Assembly: GCA_964016885.1 (NCBI GenBank)
Contig: OZ024760.1
Span: 17,608,001 to 17,672,000, forward strand
Source: Eledone cirrhosa
Lineage: Eukaryota
DNA: 64,000 bases
Direction: 5' to 3'
In this document: in pieces, positions 11,391 to 24,800 of the stretch
Numbering within the stretch: the stretch's first letter is position 1
Layout of the letters: each line of letters opens with the position of its first letter
Notes under the pieces: generated by a model
Seen by the model: only the letters and a program-made list of their open reading frames with translations
The model's database searches: none
What the model was told of the DNA's origin: nothing
Program-made: the position numbers and the translations under genes

Positions 11391-14300
11391 TCAGGCGGAG
11401 ATAATTTGTAAAAAAAATCAGGGGGAGATAATTTGTAAAAAAATCAGGGGGAGATAATTTGTAAAAAAAAATCAGGGGTAGATAATTTGTAAAAAAAAAT
11501 AAGGGGGAGATAATTTGTAAAAAAAAATCAGGGGGAGATAATTTGTAAAAAAAATCAAGGGGAGATAATTTGTAAAAAAATCAAGGGGAGATAATTTCCA
11601 GCCGTCCAAGGGGAGATAATTTTCAGCCGTCCAAGGAGAGGTAATTTCAAGCCGTCCAAGGGGAGATAATTTCCAGCCGTCCAAGGGGAGATAATTTCCA
11701 GCCGTCCAAGGGGAGATAATTTTTTTTAAAAAATCAGGCGGAGATAATTTGTAAAAAAAATCAGGGGGAGATAATTTGTAAAAAAAATCAGGGGGAGATA
11801 ATTTGTAAAAAAAAATCAGGGGGAGATAATTTGTAAAAAAAATCAAGGGGAGATAATTTCCAGCCGTCCAAGGGGAGATAATTTTCAGCCGTCCAAGGGG
11901 AGATAATTTCCCGCCAGCCAAGGGAAGATAATATTAAAAAAAATCAGGATGATAATTTGTAAAAAAAATCAGGGGGAGATAATTTGTAAAAAAATCAGGG
12001 GGAGATAATTTGTAAAAAAAATCAGGGGTAGATAATTTGTAAAAAAAAATCAAGGGGAGATAATTTGTAAAAAAAAATCAGGGGGAGATAATTTGTAAAA
12101 AAAATCAAGGGGAGATAATTTGTAAAAAAAATCAAGGGGAGATAATTTCCAGCCGTCCAAGGGGAGATAATTTTCAGCCGTCCAAGGAGAGGTAATTTCA
12201 AGCCGTCCAAGGGGAGATAATTTCCAGCCGTCCAAGGGGAGATAATTTCCAGCCGTCCAAGGGGAGATAATTTCCAGCCGTCCAAGGGTAGATAAAATCC
12301 AGCCGTCCAAGGAGACATATTTGCCAGCCGTCCAAGGAGAGGTAATTTCTAGCCGTCCAAAGGGAGATAAATTCCAGCCTCCAAGGGGAGATAATTTCCA
12401 GCCAGCCAAGGGGAGATAATTTGTAAAAAAATCAGGGGGAGATAATTTGTAAAAAAAATCAGGGGGAGATAATTTGTAAAAAAAAATCAGGGGGAGATAA
12501 TTTGTAAAAAAAATCAGGGGGAGATAATTTGTAAAAAAAAATCAGGGGGAGATAATTTGTAAAAAATATCAAGGGGAGATAATTTCCAGCCGTCCAAGGG
12601 GAGATAATTTTCAGCCGTCCAAGGGGAGATAATTTCCCGCCAGCCAAGGGAAGATAATATTTAAAAAAATCAGGGGGAGATAATTTGTAAAAAAAATCAA
12701 GGGGAGATAATTTGTAAAAAAAATCAAGGGGAGATAATTTCCAGCCGTCCAAGGGGAGATAATTTTCAGCCGTCCAAGGAGAGGTAATTTCAAGCCGTCC
12801 AAGGGGAGATAATTTCCAGCCGTCCAAGGGGAGATAATTTCCAGCCGTCCAAGGGGAGATAATTTTTTTAAAAAAATCAGTCGGAGATAATTTGTAAAAA
12901 AAATCAGGGGGAGATAATTTGTAAAGAAAAATCAGGGGGAGATAATTTGTAAAAAAAAATCAGGGGGAGATAATTTGTAAAAAAAAATCAGGGGGAGATA
13001 ATTTGTAAAAAAAATCAAGGGGAGATAATTTCCAGCCGTCCAAGGGGAGATAATTTTCAGCCGTCCAAGGGGAGATAATTTCCCGCCAGCCAAGGGGAGA
13101 TAATATTTAAAAAAATCAGGCGGAGATAATTTGTAAAAAAAATCAGGGGGAGATAATTTGTAAAAAAATCAGGGGGAGATAATTTGTAAAAAAAAATCAG
13201 GGGTAGATAATTTGTAAAAAAAAATCAGGGGAGATAATTTGTAAAAAAAATCAGGGGGAGATAATTTGTAAAAAAAATCAAGGGGAGATAATTTGTAAAA
13301 AAAATCAAGGGGAGGTAATTTCCAGCCGTCCAAGGGGAGATAATTTTCAGCCGTCCAAGGAGAGGTAATTTCAAGCCGTCCAAGGGGAGATAATTTCCAG
13401 CCGTCCAAGGGGAGATAATTTCCAGCCGTCCAAGGGGAGATAATTTCCAGCCGTCCAAGGGTAGATAATATCCAGCCGTCCAAGGAGACATATTTGCCAG
13501 CCGTCCAAGGAGAGGTAATTTCTAGCCGTCCAAAGGGAGATAAATTCCAGCCTCCAAGGGGAGATAATTTCCAGCCAGCCAAGGGGAGATAATTTGTAAA
13601 AAAATCAGGGGGAGATAATTTGTAAAAAAAATCAGGGGGAGATAATTTGTAAAAAAAAATCAGGGGGAGATAATTTGTAAAAAAAAATCAGGGGGAGATA
13701 ATTTGTAAAAAAAATCAAGGGGAGATAATTTCCACCCGTCCAAGGGGAGATAATTTTCAGCCGTCCAAGGGGAGATAATTTCCCGCCAGCCAAGGGAAGA
13801 TAATATTTAAAAAAATCAGGCGGAGATAATTTGTAAAAAAAATCAGGGGGAGATAATTTGTAAAAAAATCAGGGGAGATAATTTGTAAAAAAAAATCAGG
13901 GGTAGATAATTTGTAAAAAAAAATCAGGGGGAGATAATTTGTAAAAAAAAATCAGGGGGAGATAATTTGTCAAAAAAATCAAGGGGAGATAATTTGTAAA
14001 AAAAATCAAGGGGAGATAATTTCCAGCCGTCCAAGGGAAGATAATTTTTAAAAAAATCAGGCGGAGATTGTAAAAAAAATCAGGGGGAGGTAATTTGTAA
14101 AAAAAATCAGGGGGAGATAATTTGTAAAAAAAATCAGGGGTAGATAATTTGTAAAAAAAATCAGGGGGAGATAATTTGTAAAAAAAAATCAGGGGGAGAT
14201 AATTTGTAAAAAAAATCAAGGGGAGATAATTTGCAGCCGTCCAAGGGGAGATAATTTTCAGCCGTCCAAGGAGAGGTAATTTCTAGCCGTCCAAGGGGAG

Positions 14301-17300
14301 ATAATTTCCAGCCGTCCAAGGGGAGATAATTTCCAGCCGTCCAAGGGAAGATAATTTTTTTAAAAAAATCAGGCGGAGATAATTTGTAAAAAAAAAATCA
14401 GGGGGAGATAATTTGTAAAAAAAAATCAGGGGGAGATAATTTGTAAAAAAAAATCAGGGGGAGATAATTTGTAAAAAAAATCAAGGGGAGAAAATTTCCT
14501 GCCGTCCAAGGGAAGATAATTTCCAGCCCTCCAAGGGGCTATAATTTCCAGCCGTCCAAGGGGAGGTAATATCTAGCCGTCCAAGGGGAGATAATTTCCA
14601 GCCGTCCAAGGGGAGATAATTTCCAGCCGTTCAAGGGTAGATAATATCCAGCCGTCCAAGGAGACATATTTTCCAGCCGTCCAAGGAGAGGTAATTTCTA
14701 GCCGTCCAAAGGGAGATAATTTCCAGCCGTCCAAGGGGAGATAATTTTCAGCCGTCCAAGGGGAGATAATTTCCCGCCAGCCAAGGGAAGATAATATTTA
14801 AAAAAATCAGGGGGAGATAATTTGTAAAAAAAATCAGGGGGAGATAATTTGTAAAAAAATCAGGGGGAGATAATTTGTAAAAAAAAATCAGGGGTAGATA
14901 ATTTGTAAAAAAAAATAAGGGGGAGATAATTTGTAAAAAAAAATCAGGGGGAGATAATTTGTAAAAAAAATCAAGGGGAGATAATTTGTAAAAAAAATCA
15001 AGGGGAGATAATTTCCAGCCGTCCAAGGGGAGATAATTTTCAGCCGTCCAAGGAGAGGTAATTTCAAGCCGTCCAAGGGGAGATAATTTCCAGCCGTCCA
15101 AGGGGAGATAATTTCCAGCCGTCCAAGGGGAGATAATTTTTTTTAAAAAATCAGGCGGAGATAATTTATAAAAAAAATCAGGGGGAGATAATTTGTAAAA
15201 AAAAATCAGGGGGAGAAATTTTGTAAAAAAAAATCAGGGGGAGATAATTTGTAAAAAAAAATCAGGGGGAGATAATTTGTAAAAAAACTCAAGGGGAGAT
15301 AATTTCCAGCCGTCCAACGGGAGATAATTTTCAGCCGTCCAAGGGGAGATAATTTCCCGCCAGCCAAGGGAAGATAATATTTAAAAAAATCAGGGGGAGA
15401 TAATTTGTAAAAAAATCAGGGGGAGATAATTTGTAAAAAAAAATCAGGGGTAGATAATTTGTAAAAAAAAATAAGGGGGAGATAATTTGTAAAAAAAAAT
15501 CAGGGGGAGATAATTTGTAAAAAAAATCAAGGGGAGATAATTTGTAAAAAAAATCAAGGGGAGATAATTTCCAGCCGTCCAAGGGGAGATAATTTTCAGC
15601 CGTCCAAGGAGAGGTAATTTCAAGCCGTCCAAGGGGAGATAATTTCCAGCCGTCCAAGGGGAGATAATTTCCAGCCGTCCAAGGGGAGATAATTTTTTTA
15701 AAAAAATCAGGCGGAGATAATTTGTAAAAAAAATCAGGGGGAGATAATTTGTAAAAAAAAATCAGGGGGAGATAATTTGTAAAAAAAATCAGGGGGAGAT
15801 AATTTGTAAAAAAAAATCAGGGGGAGATAATTTGTAAAAAAATCAAGGGGAGATAATTTCCAGCCGTCCAAGGGGAGATAATTTTCAGCCGTCCAAGGGG
15901 AGATAATTTCCCGCCAGCCAAGGGAAGATAATATTTAAAAAAATCAGGATGATAATTTGTAAAAAAAATCAGGGGGAGATAATTTGTAAAAAAATCAGGG
16001 GGAGATAATTTGTACAAAAAAATCAGGGGTAGATAATTTGTAAAAAAAAATCAGGGGGAGATAATTTGTAAAAAAAAATCAGGGGGAGATAATTTGTAAA
16101 AAAAAATCAAGGGGAGATAATTTGTAAAATAAATCAAGGGGAGATAATTTCCAGCCGTCCAAGGGGAGATAATTTTCAGCCGTCCAAGGAGAGGTAATTT
16201 CAAGCCGTCCAAGGGGAGATAATTTCCAGCCGTCCAAGGGGAGATAATTTCCTGCCGTCCAAGGGGAGATAATTTCCAGCCGTCCAAGGGTAGATAAAAT
16301 CCAGCCGTCCAAGGAGACATATTTGCCAGCCGTCCAAGGAGAGGTAATTTCTAGCCGTCCAAAGGGAGATAAATTCCAGCCTCCAAGGGGAGATAATTTC
16401 CAGCCAGCCAAGGGGAGATAATTTGTAAAAAAATCAGGGGGAGATAATTTGTAAAAAAAATCAGGGGGAGATAATTTGTAAAAAAAAATCAGGGGGAGAT
16501 AATTTGTAAAAAAAAATCAGGGGGAGATAATTTGTAAAAAAAATCAGGAGGAGATAATTTGTAAAAAAAATCAAGGGGAGATAATTTCCAGCCGTCCAAG
16601 GGGAGATAATTTTCAGCCGTCCAAGGGGAGATAATTTCCCGCCAACCAAGGGAAGATAATATTTAAAAAAATCAGGGGGAGATAATTTGTAAAAAAAATC
16701 AAGGGGAGATAATTTGTAAAAAAAATCAAGGGGAGATAATTTCCAGCCGTCCAAGGGGAGATAATTTTCAGCCGTCCAAGGAGAGGTAATTTCAAGCCGT
16801 CCAAGGGGAGATAATTTCCAGCCGTCCAAGGGGAGATAATTTTAAAAAAAAAATCAGTCGGAGATAATTTGTAAAAAAAATCAGGGGGAGATAATTTGTA
16901 AAAAAAAATCAGGGGGAGATAATTTGTAAAAAAAAATCAGGGGGAGATAATTTGTAAAAAAAATCAAGGGGAGATAATTTCCAGCCGTCCAAGGGGAGAT
17001 AATTTCCAGCCGTCCAAGGGTAGATAATATCCAGCCGTCCAAGGAGACATATTTGCCAGCCGTCCAAGGAGAGGTAATTTCTAGCCGTCCAAAGGGAGAT
17101 AAATTCCAGCCTCCAAGGGGAGATAATTTCCAGCCAGCCAAGGGGAGATAATTTGTAAAAAAATCAGGGGGAGATAATTTGTAAAAAAAATCAGGGGGAG
17201 ATAATTTGTAAAAAAAAATCAGGGGGAGATAATTTGTAAAAAAAAATCAGGGGGAGATAATTTGTAAAAAATATCAAGGGGAGATAATTTCCACCCGTCC

Positions 17301-20300
17301 AAGGGGAGATAATTTTCAGCCGTCCAAGGGGAAATAATTTCCCGCCAGCCAAGGGAAGATAATATTTAAAAAAATCAGGCGGAGATAATTTGTAAAAAAA
17401 ATCAGGGGGAGATAATTTGTAAAAAAATCAGGGGAGATAATTTGTAAAAAAAAATTAGGGGTAGATAATTTGTAAAAAAAAATCAGGGGGAGATAATTTG
17501 TAAAAAAAAATCAGGGGGAGATAATTTGTAAAAAAAATCAAGGGGAGATAATTTGTAAAAAAAATCAAGGGGAGATAATTTCCAGCCGTCCAAGGGAAGA
17601 TAATTTTTAAAAAAATCAGGCGGAGATTGTAAAAAAAATCAGGGGGAGGTAATTTGTAAAAAAAATCAGCGGGAGATAATTTGTAAAATAAATCAGGGGT
17701 AGATAATTTGTAAAAAAAATCAGGGGGAGATAATTTGTAAAAAAAAATCAGGGGGAGATAATTTGTAAAAAAAATCAAGGGGAGATAATTTGCAGCCGTC
17801 CAAGGGGAGATAATTTTCAGCCGTTCAAGGAGAGGTAATTTCTAGCCGTCCAAGGGGAGATAATTTCCAGCCGTCCAAGGGGAGATAATTTCCAGCCGTC
17901 CAAGGGGAGATAATTTTCAGCCGTCCAAGGGGAGATAATTTCCCGCCAGCCAAGGGAAGATAATATTTAAAAAAATCAGGCGGAGATAATTTGTAAAAAA
18001 AATCAGGGGGAGATAATTTGTAAAAAAATCAGGGGAGATAATTTGTAAAAAAAAATCAGGGGTAGATAATTTGTAAAAAAAAATCAGGGGGAGATAATTT
18101 GTAAAAAAAAATCAGGGGGAGATAATTTGTCAAAAAAATCAAGGGGAGATAATTTGTAAAAAAAATCAAGGGGAGATAATTTCCAGCCGTCCAAGGGAAG
18201 ATAATTTTTAAAAAAATCAGGCGGAGATTGTAAAAAAAATCAGGGGGAGGTAATTTGTAAAAAAAATCAGGGGGAGATAATTTGTAAAAAAAATCAGGGG
18301 TAGATAATTTGTAAAAAAAATCAGGGGGAGATAATTTGTAAAAAAAAATCAGGGGGAGATAGTTTGTAAAAAAAATCAAGGGGAGATAATTTGCAGCCGT
18401 CCAAGGGGAGATAATTTTCAGCCGTTCAAGGAGAGGTAATTTCTAGCCGTCCAAGGGGAGATAATTTCCAGCCGTACAAGGGGAGATAATTTCCAGCCGT
18501 CCAAGGGAAGATAATTTTTTTAAAAAAATCAGGCGGAGATAATTTGTAAAAAAAAAATCAGGGGTAGATAATTTGTAAAAAAAAATCAGGGGGAGATAAT
18601 TTGTAAAAAAAAATCAGGGGGAGATAATTTGTAAAAAAAATCAAGGGGAGATAATTTGTAAAAAAAATCAAGGGGAGATAATTTCCAGCCGTCCAAGGGG
18701 AGATAATTTTCAGCCGTCCAAGGAGAGGTAATTTCAAGCCGTCCAAGGGGAGATAATTTCCAGCCGTCCAAGGGGAGATAATTTCCAGCCGTCCAAGGGT
18801 AGATAATTTCCAGCCGTCCAAGGGTAGATAAAATCCAGCCGTCCAAGGAGACATATTTGCCAGCCGTCCAAGGAGAGGTAATTTCTAGCCGTCGAAAGGG
18901 AGATAAATTCTAGCCTCCAAGGGGAGATAATTTCCAGCCAGCCAAGGGGAGATAATTTGTAAAAAAATCAGGGGGAGATAATTTGTAAAAAAAATCAGGG
19001 GAGATAATTTGTAAAAAAAAATCAGGGGGAGATAATTTGTAAAAAAAAATCAGGGGGAGATAATTTGTAAAAAAAATCAAGGGGAGATAATTTCCAGCCG
19101 TCCAAGGGGAGATAATTTTCAGCCGTCCAAGGGGAGATAATTTCCCGCCAGCCAAGGGAAGATAATATTTAAAAAAATCAGGGGGAGATAATTTGTAAAA
19201 AAAATCAAGGGGAGATAATTTGTAAAAAAAATCAAGGGGAGATAATTTCCAGCCGTCCAAGGGGAGATAATTTTCAGCCGTCCAAGGAGAGGTAATTTCA
19301 AGCCGTCCAAGGGGAGATAATTTCCAGCCGTCCAAGGGGAGATAATTTCCAGCCGTCCAAGGTGAGATAATTTTTTAAAAATCAGTCGGAGATAATTTGT
19401 AAAAAAAATCAGGGGGAGATAATTTGTAAAAAAAAATCAGGGGGAGATAATTTGTAAAAAAAAATCAGGGGGAGATAATTTGTAAAAAAAAATCAGGGGG
19501 AGATAATTTGTAAAAAAAATCAAGGGGGGATAATTTCCAGCCGTCCAAGGGGAGATAATTTTCAGCCCTCCAAGGGGAGATAATTTCCCGCCAGCCAAGG
19601 GGAGATAATATTTAAAAAAATCAGGCGTAGATAATTTGTAAAAAAAAATCAGGGGGAGATAATTTGTAAAAAAATCAGGGGGAGATAATTTGTAAAAAAA
19701 AATCAGGGGTAGATAATTTGTAAAAAAAAATCAGGGGAGATAATTTGTAAAAAAAAATCAGGGGGAGATAATTTGTAAAAAAAATCAAGGGTAGATAATT
19801 TGTAAAAAAAATCAAGTGGAGATAATTTCCAGCCGTCCAAGGGGAGATAATTTTCAGCCGTCCAAGGAGAGGTAATTTCCAGCCGTCCAAGGGTAGATAA
19901 TATCCAGCCGTCCAAGGAGACATATTTGCCAGCCGTCCAAGGAGAGGTAATTTCCAGCCGTCCAAAGGGAGATAAATTCCAGCCTCCAAGGGGAGATAAT
20001 TTCCGGCCAGCCAAGGGGAGATAATTTGTAAAAAAATCAGGGGGAGATAATTTGTAAAAAAAATCAGGGGGAGATAATTTGTAAAAAAAAATCAGGGGGA
20101 GATAATTTGTAAAAAAAAATCAGGGGGAGATAATTTGTAAAAAAAAATCAGGGGGAGATAATTTGTAAAAAAAATCAAGGGGAGATAATTTCCACCCGTC
20201 CAAGGGGAGATAATTTTCAGCCGTCCAAGGGGAGATAATTTCCCACCAGCCAAGGGAAGATAATATTTAAAAAAATCAGGCGGAGATAATTTGTAAAAAA

Positions 20301-23300
20301 AATCAGGGGGAGATAATTTGTAAAAAAATCAGGGGAGATAATTTCCAGCCGTCCAAGGGGAGGTAATATCTAGCCGTCCAAGGGGAGATAATTTCCAGCC
20401 GTGCAAGGGGAGATAATTTCCAGCCGTCCAAGTTTAGATAATATCCAGCCGTCCAAGGAGACATATTTTCCAGCCGTCCAAGGAGAGGTAATTTCTAGCC
20501 GTCCAAAGGGAGATAAATTCCAGCCTCCAAGGGGAGATAATTTCCAGCCAGCCAAGGGGAGATAATTTGTAAAAAGATCAGGGGGAGATAATTTGTAAAA
20601 AAAATCAGGGGGAGATAATTTGTAAAAAAAAATCAGGGGGAGATAATTTGTAAAAAAAAATCAGGGGGAGATAATTTGTAAAAAAAAATCAGGGGGAGAT
20701 AATTTGTAAAAAAACTCAAGGGGAGATAATTTCCAGCCGTCCAAGGGGAGATAATTTTCAGCCGTCCAAGGGGAGATAATTTCCCGCCAGCCAAGGGAAG
20801 ATAATATTTAAAAAAATCAGGCGGAGATAATTTGTAAAAAAAATCAGGGGGAGATAATTTGTAAAAAAATCAGGGGGAGATAATTTGTAAAAAAAAATCA
20901 GGGGTAGATAATTTGTAAAAAAAAATAAGGGGGAGATAATTTGTAAAAAAAAATCAGGGGGAGATAATTTGTAAAAAAAATCAAGGGGAGATAATTTGTA
21001 AAAAAAATCAAGGGGAGATAATTTCCAGCCGTCCAAGGGGAGATAATTTTCAGCCGTCCAAGGAGAGGTAATTTCAAGCGGTCCAAGGGGAGATAATTTC
21101 CAGCCGTCCAAGGGGAGATAATTTCCAGCCGTCCAAGGGGAGATAATTTTTTTAAAAAAATCAGGCGGAGATAATTTGTAAAAAAAATCAGGGGGAGATA
21201 ATTTGTAAAAAAAAATCAGGGGGAGATAATTTGTAAAAAAAATCAGGGGGAGATAATTTGTAAAAAAAAATCAGGGGGAGATAATTTGTAAAAAAAATCA
21301 AGGGGAGATAATTTCCAGCCGTCCAAGGGGAGATAATTTTCAGCCGTCCAAGGGGAGATAATATCCCGCCAGCCAAGGGAAGATAATATTAAAAAAAATC
21401 AGGATGATAATTTGTAAAAAAAATCAGGGGGAGATAATTTGTAAAAAAATCAGGGGGAGATAATTTGTAAAAAAAAATCAGGGGTAGATAATTTGTAAAA
21501 AAAAATCAAGGGGAGATAATTTGTAAAAAAAAATCAGGGGGAGACAATTTGTAAAAAAAATCAAGGGGAGATAATTTGTAAAAAAAATCAAGGGGAGATA
21601 ATTTCCAGCCGTCCAAGGGGAGATAATTTTCAGCCGTCCAAGGAGAGGTAATTTCAAGCCGTCCAAGGGGAGATAATTTCCAGCCGTCCAAGGGGAGATA
21701 ATTTCCAGCCGTCCAAGGGGAGATAATTTCCAGCCGTCCAAGGGTAGATAAAATCCAGCCGTCCAAGGAGACATATTTGCCAGCCGTCCGAGGAGAGGTA
21801 ATTTCTAGCCGTCCAAAGGGAGATAAATTCCAGCCTCCAAGGGGAGATAATTTCCAGCCAGCCAAGGGGAGATAATTTGTAAAAAAATCAGGGGGAGATA
21901 ATTTGTAAAAAAAATCAGGGGGAGATAATTTGTAAAAAAAAATCAGGGGGAGATAATTTGTAAAAAAAATCAGGGGGAGATAATTTGTAAAAAAAAATCA
22001 GGGGGAGATAATTTGTAAAAAAAATCAAGGGGAGATAATTTGTAAAAAAAATCGAGGGGAGATAATTTCCAGCCGTCCAAGGGGAAATCATTTCCAGCCG
22101 TCCAAGGAGAGATAATTTAAAAAAAAAATCAGGCGGAGATAATTTGTAAAAAAAAATCAGGGGGAGATAATTTGTAAAAAAAAATCAGGGGGAGATAATT
22201 TGTAAAAAAAATCAAGGGGAGATAATTTCCAGCCGTCCAAGGGGAGATAATTTTCAGCCGTCCAAGGAGAGGTAATTTCAAGCCGTCCAAGGGGAGATAA
22301 TTTCCAGCCGTCCAAGGGGAGATAATTTCCAGCCGTCCAAGGGGAGATAATTTTTTTAAAAAATCAGGCGGAGATAATTTGTAAAAAAATCAAGGGGAGA
22401 TAATTTGCAGCCGTCCAAGGGGAGATAATTTTCAGTCGTCCAAGGAGAGGTAATTTCTAGCCGTCCAAGGGGAGATAATTTCCAGCCGTCCAAGGGGAGA
22501 TAATTTTTTTAAAAAAATCAGGCGGAGATAATTTGTGAAAAAAATCAGGGGGAGATAATTTGTAAAAAAAATCAGGGGGAGATAATTTGTAAAAAAAAAT
22601 CAGGGGGAGATAATTTGTAAAAAAAATCAAGGAGAGATAATTTCCAGCCGTCCAAGGGAAGATAATTTCCAGCCCTCCAAGTGGCTATAATTTCCAGTGT
22701 CCAAGGGGAGATAATTTCCAGCCAGCGAAGGGGAGATAATTTTTTTTAAAAAATCAGGGGGAGATTTGTAAAAAAAATCAGGGGGAGATAATTTGTAAAA
22801 AAAATCAAAGGGAGATAATTTCCAGCCGTCCAAAGAGAGATAATTTCTAGCCGTCCAAGGAGAGGTAATTTCTAGCCGTCCAAGGGGAGATAATTTCCAG
22901 CCGTCCAAGGGGAGATAATTTCCAGCCGTCCAAGGGGAGATAATTTTTTTTTAAAAATCAGGCGGAGATAACTTGTAAAAAAAAATCAGGGGGAGATAAT
23001 TTGTAAAAAAAAATCAGGGGGAGATAATTTGTAAAAAAAAATCAGGGGGAGATAATTTGTAAAAAAAATCAAGGGGAGATAATTTCCAGCCGTCCAAGGG
23101 AAGATAATTTCCAGCCCTCCAAGGGGCTATAATTTCCAGCGTCCAAGGGGAGATAATTTCCAGCCAGCGAAGGGGAGATAATTTTTTTTAAAAAATCATT
23201 GGGAGATTTGTAAAAAAAATCAGGGGAGATAATTTGTAAAAAAAATCAAGGGGAGATAATTTCCAGCCGTCCAAGGGGAGGTAATATCTAGCCGTCCAAG

Positions 23301-24800
23301 GGGAGATAATTTCCAGCCGTCCAAGGGGAGATAAATTCCAGCCGTCCAAGGGTAGATAATATCCAGCCGTCCAAGGAGACATATTTTCCAGCCGTCCAAG
23401 GAGAGGTAATTTCTAGCCGTCCAAAGGGAGATAAATTCCAGCCTCCAAGGGGAGATAATTTCCAGCCAGCCAAGTGGAGATAATTTGTAAAAAGATCAGG
23501 GGGAGATAATTTGTAAAAAAAATCAGGGGGAGATAATTTGTAAAAAAAAATCAGGTTGAGATAATTTGTAAAAAAAAATCAGGGGGAGATAATTTGTAAA
23601 AAAAATCAAGGGGAGATAATTTCCAGCCGTCCAAGGGGAGATAATTTTCAGCCGTCCAAGGGGAGATAATTTCCCGCCAGCCAAGGGAAGATAATATTTA
23701 AAAAAATCAGGCGGAGATAATTTGTAAAAAAAATCAGGGGGAGATAATTTGTAAAAAAATCAGGGGGAGATAATTTGTAAAAAAAAATCAGGGGTAGATA
23801 ATTTGTAAAAAAAAATAAGGGGGAGATAATTTGTAAAAAAAAATCAGGGGGAGATAATTTGTAAAAAAAATCAAGGGGAGATAATTTGTAAAAAAAATCA
23901 AGGGGAGATAATTTCCAGCCGTCCAAGGGGAGATAATTTTCAGCCGCCCAAGGAGAGGTAATTTCAAGCCGTCCAAGGGGAGATAATTTCCAGCCGTCCA
24001 AGGGGAGATAATTTCCAGCCGTCCAAGGGGAGATAATTTCCAGCCGTCCAAGGGTAGATAATATCCAGCCGTCCAAGGAGACATATTTGCCAGCCGTCCA
24101 AGGAGAGGTAATTTCTAGCCGTCCAAAGGGAGATAAATTCCAGCCTCCAAGGGGAGATAATTTCCAGCCAGCCAAGGGGAGATAATTTGTAAAAAAATCA
24201 GGGGGAGATAATTTGTAAAAAATAATCAGGGGGAGATAATTTGTAAAAAAAAATCAGGGGGAGATAATTTGTAAAAAAAAATCAGGGGGAGATAATTTGT
24301 AAAAAAAATCAAGGGGAGATAATTTCCACCCGTCCAAGGGGAGATAATTTTCAGCCGTCCAAGGGGAGATAATTTCCCGCCAGCCAAGGGAAGATAATAT
24401 TTAAAAAAATCAGGCGGAGATAATTTGTAAAAAAAATCAGGGGGAGATAATTTGTAAAAAAATCAGGGGGAGATAATTTGTAAAAAAAATCAGGGGTAGA
24501 TAATTTGTAAAAAAAAATCAGGGGGAGATAATTTGTAAAAAAAAATCAGGGGGAGATAATTTGTAAAAAAAATCCAGGGGAGATAATTTGTAAAAAAAAT
24601 CAAGGGGAGATAATTTCCAGCCGTCCAAGGGGAAATAATTTCCAGCCGTCCAAGGAGAGATAATTTTAAAAAAAAATCAGGCGGAGATAATTTGTAAAAA
24701 AAAATCAGGGGGAGATAATTTGTAAAAAAAAATCAGGGGGAGATAATTTGTAAAAAAAATCAAGGGGAGATAATTTGCAGCCGTCCAAGGGGAGATAATT
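10930..24800 (+). repeat. ~14-kb segmental duplication, copy A
   Basis: Colinear with ~41050-54860 at offsets of 30150, 30042/30043 and 30068 (11472/41622, 17455/47497, 21478/51521, 22627/52695). Shared rare variants are AAGGTGAG (19370/49402), AAGCGGTCC (21077/51120), TCCGAGG (21788/51831) and GGAAATCATT (22083/52126). Confidence 0.9.
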
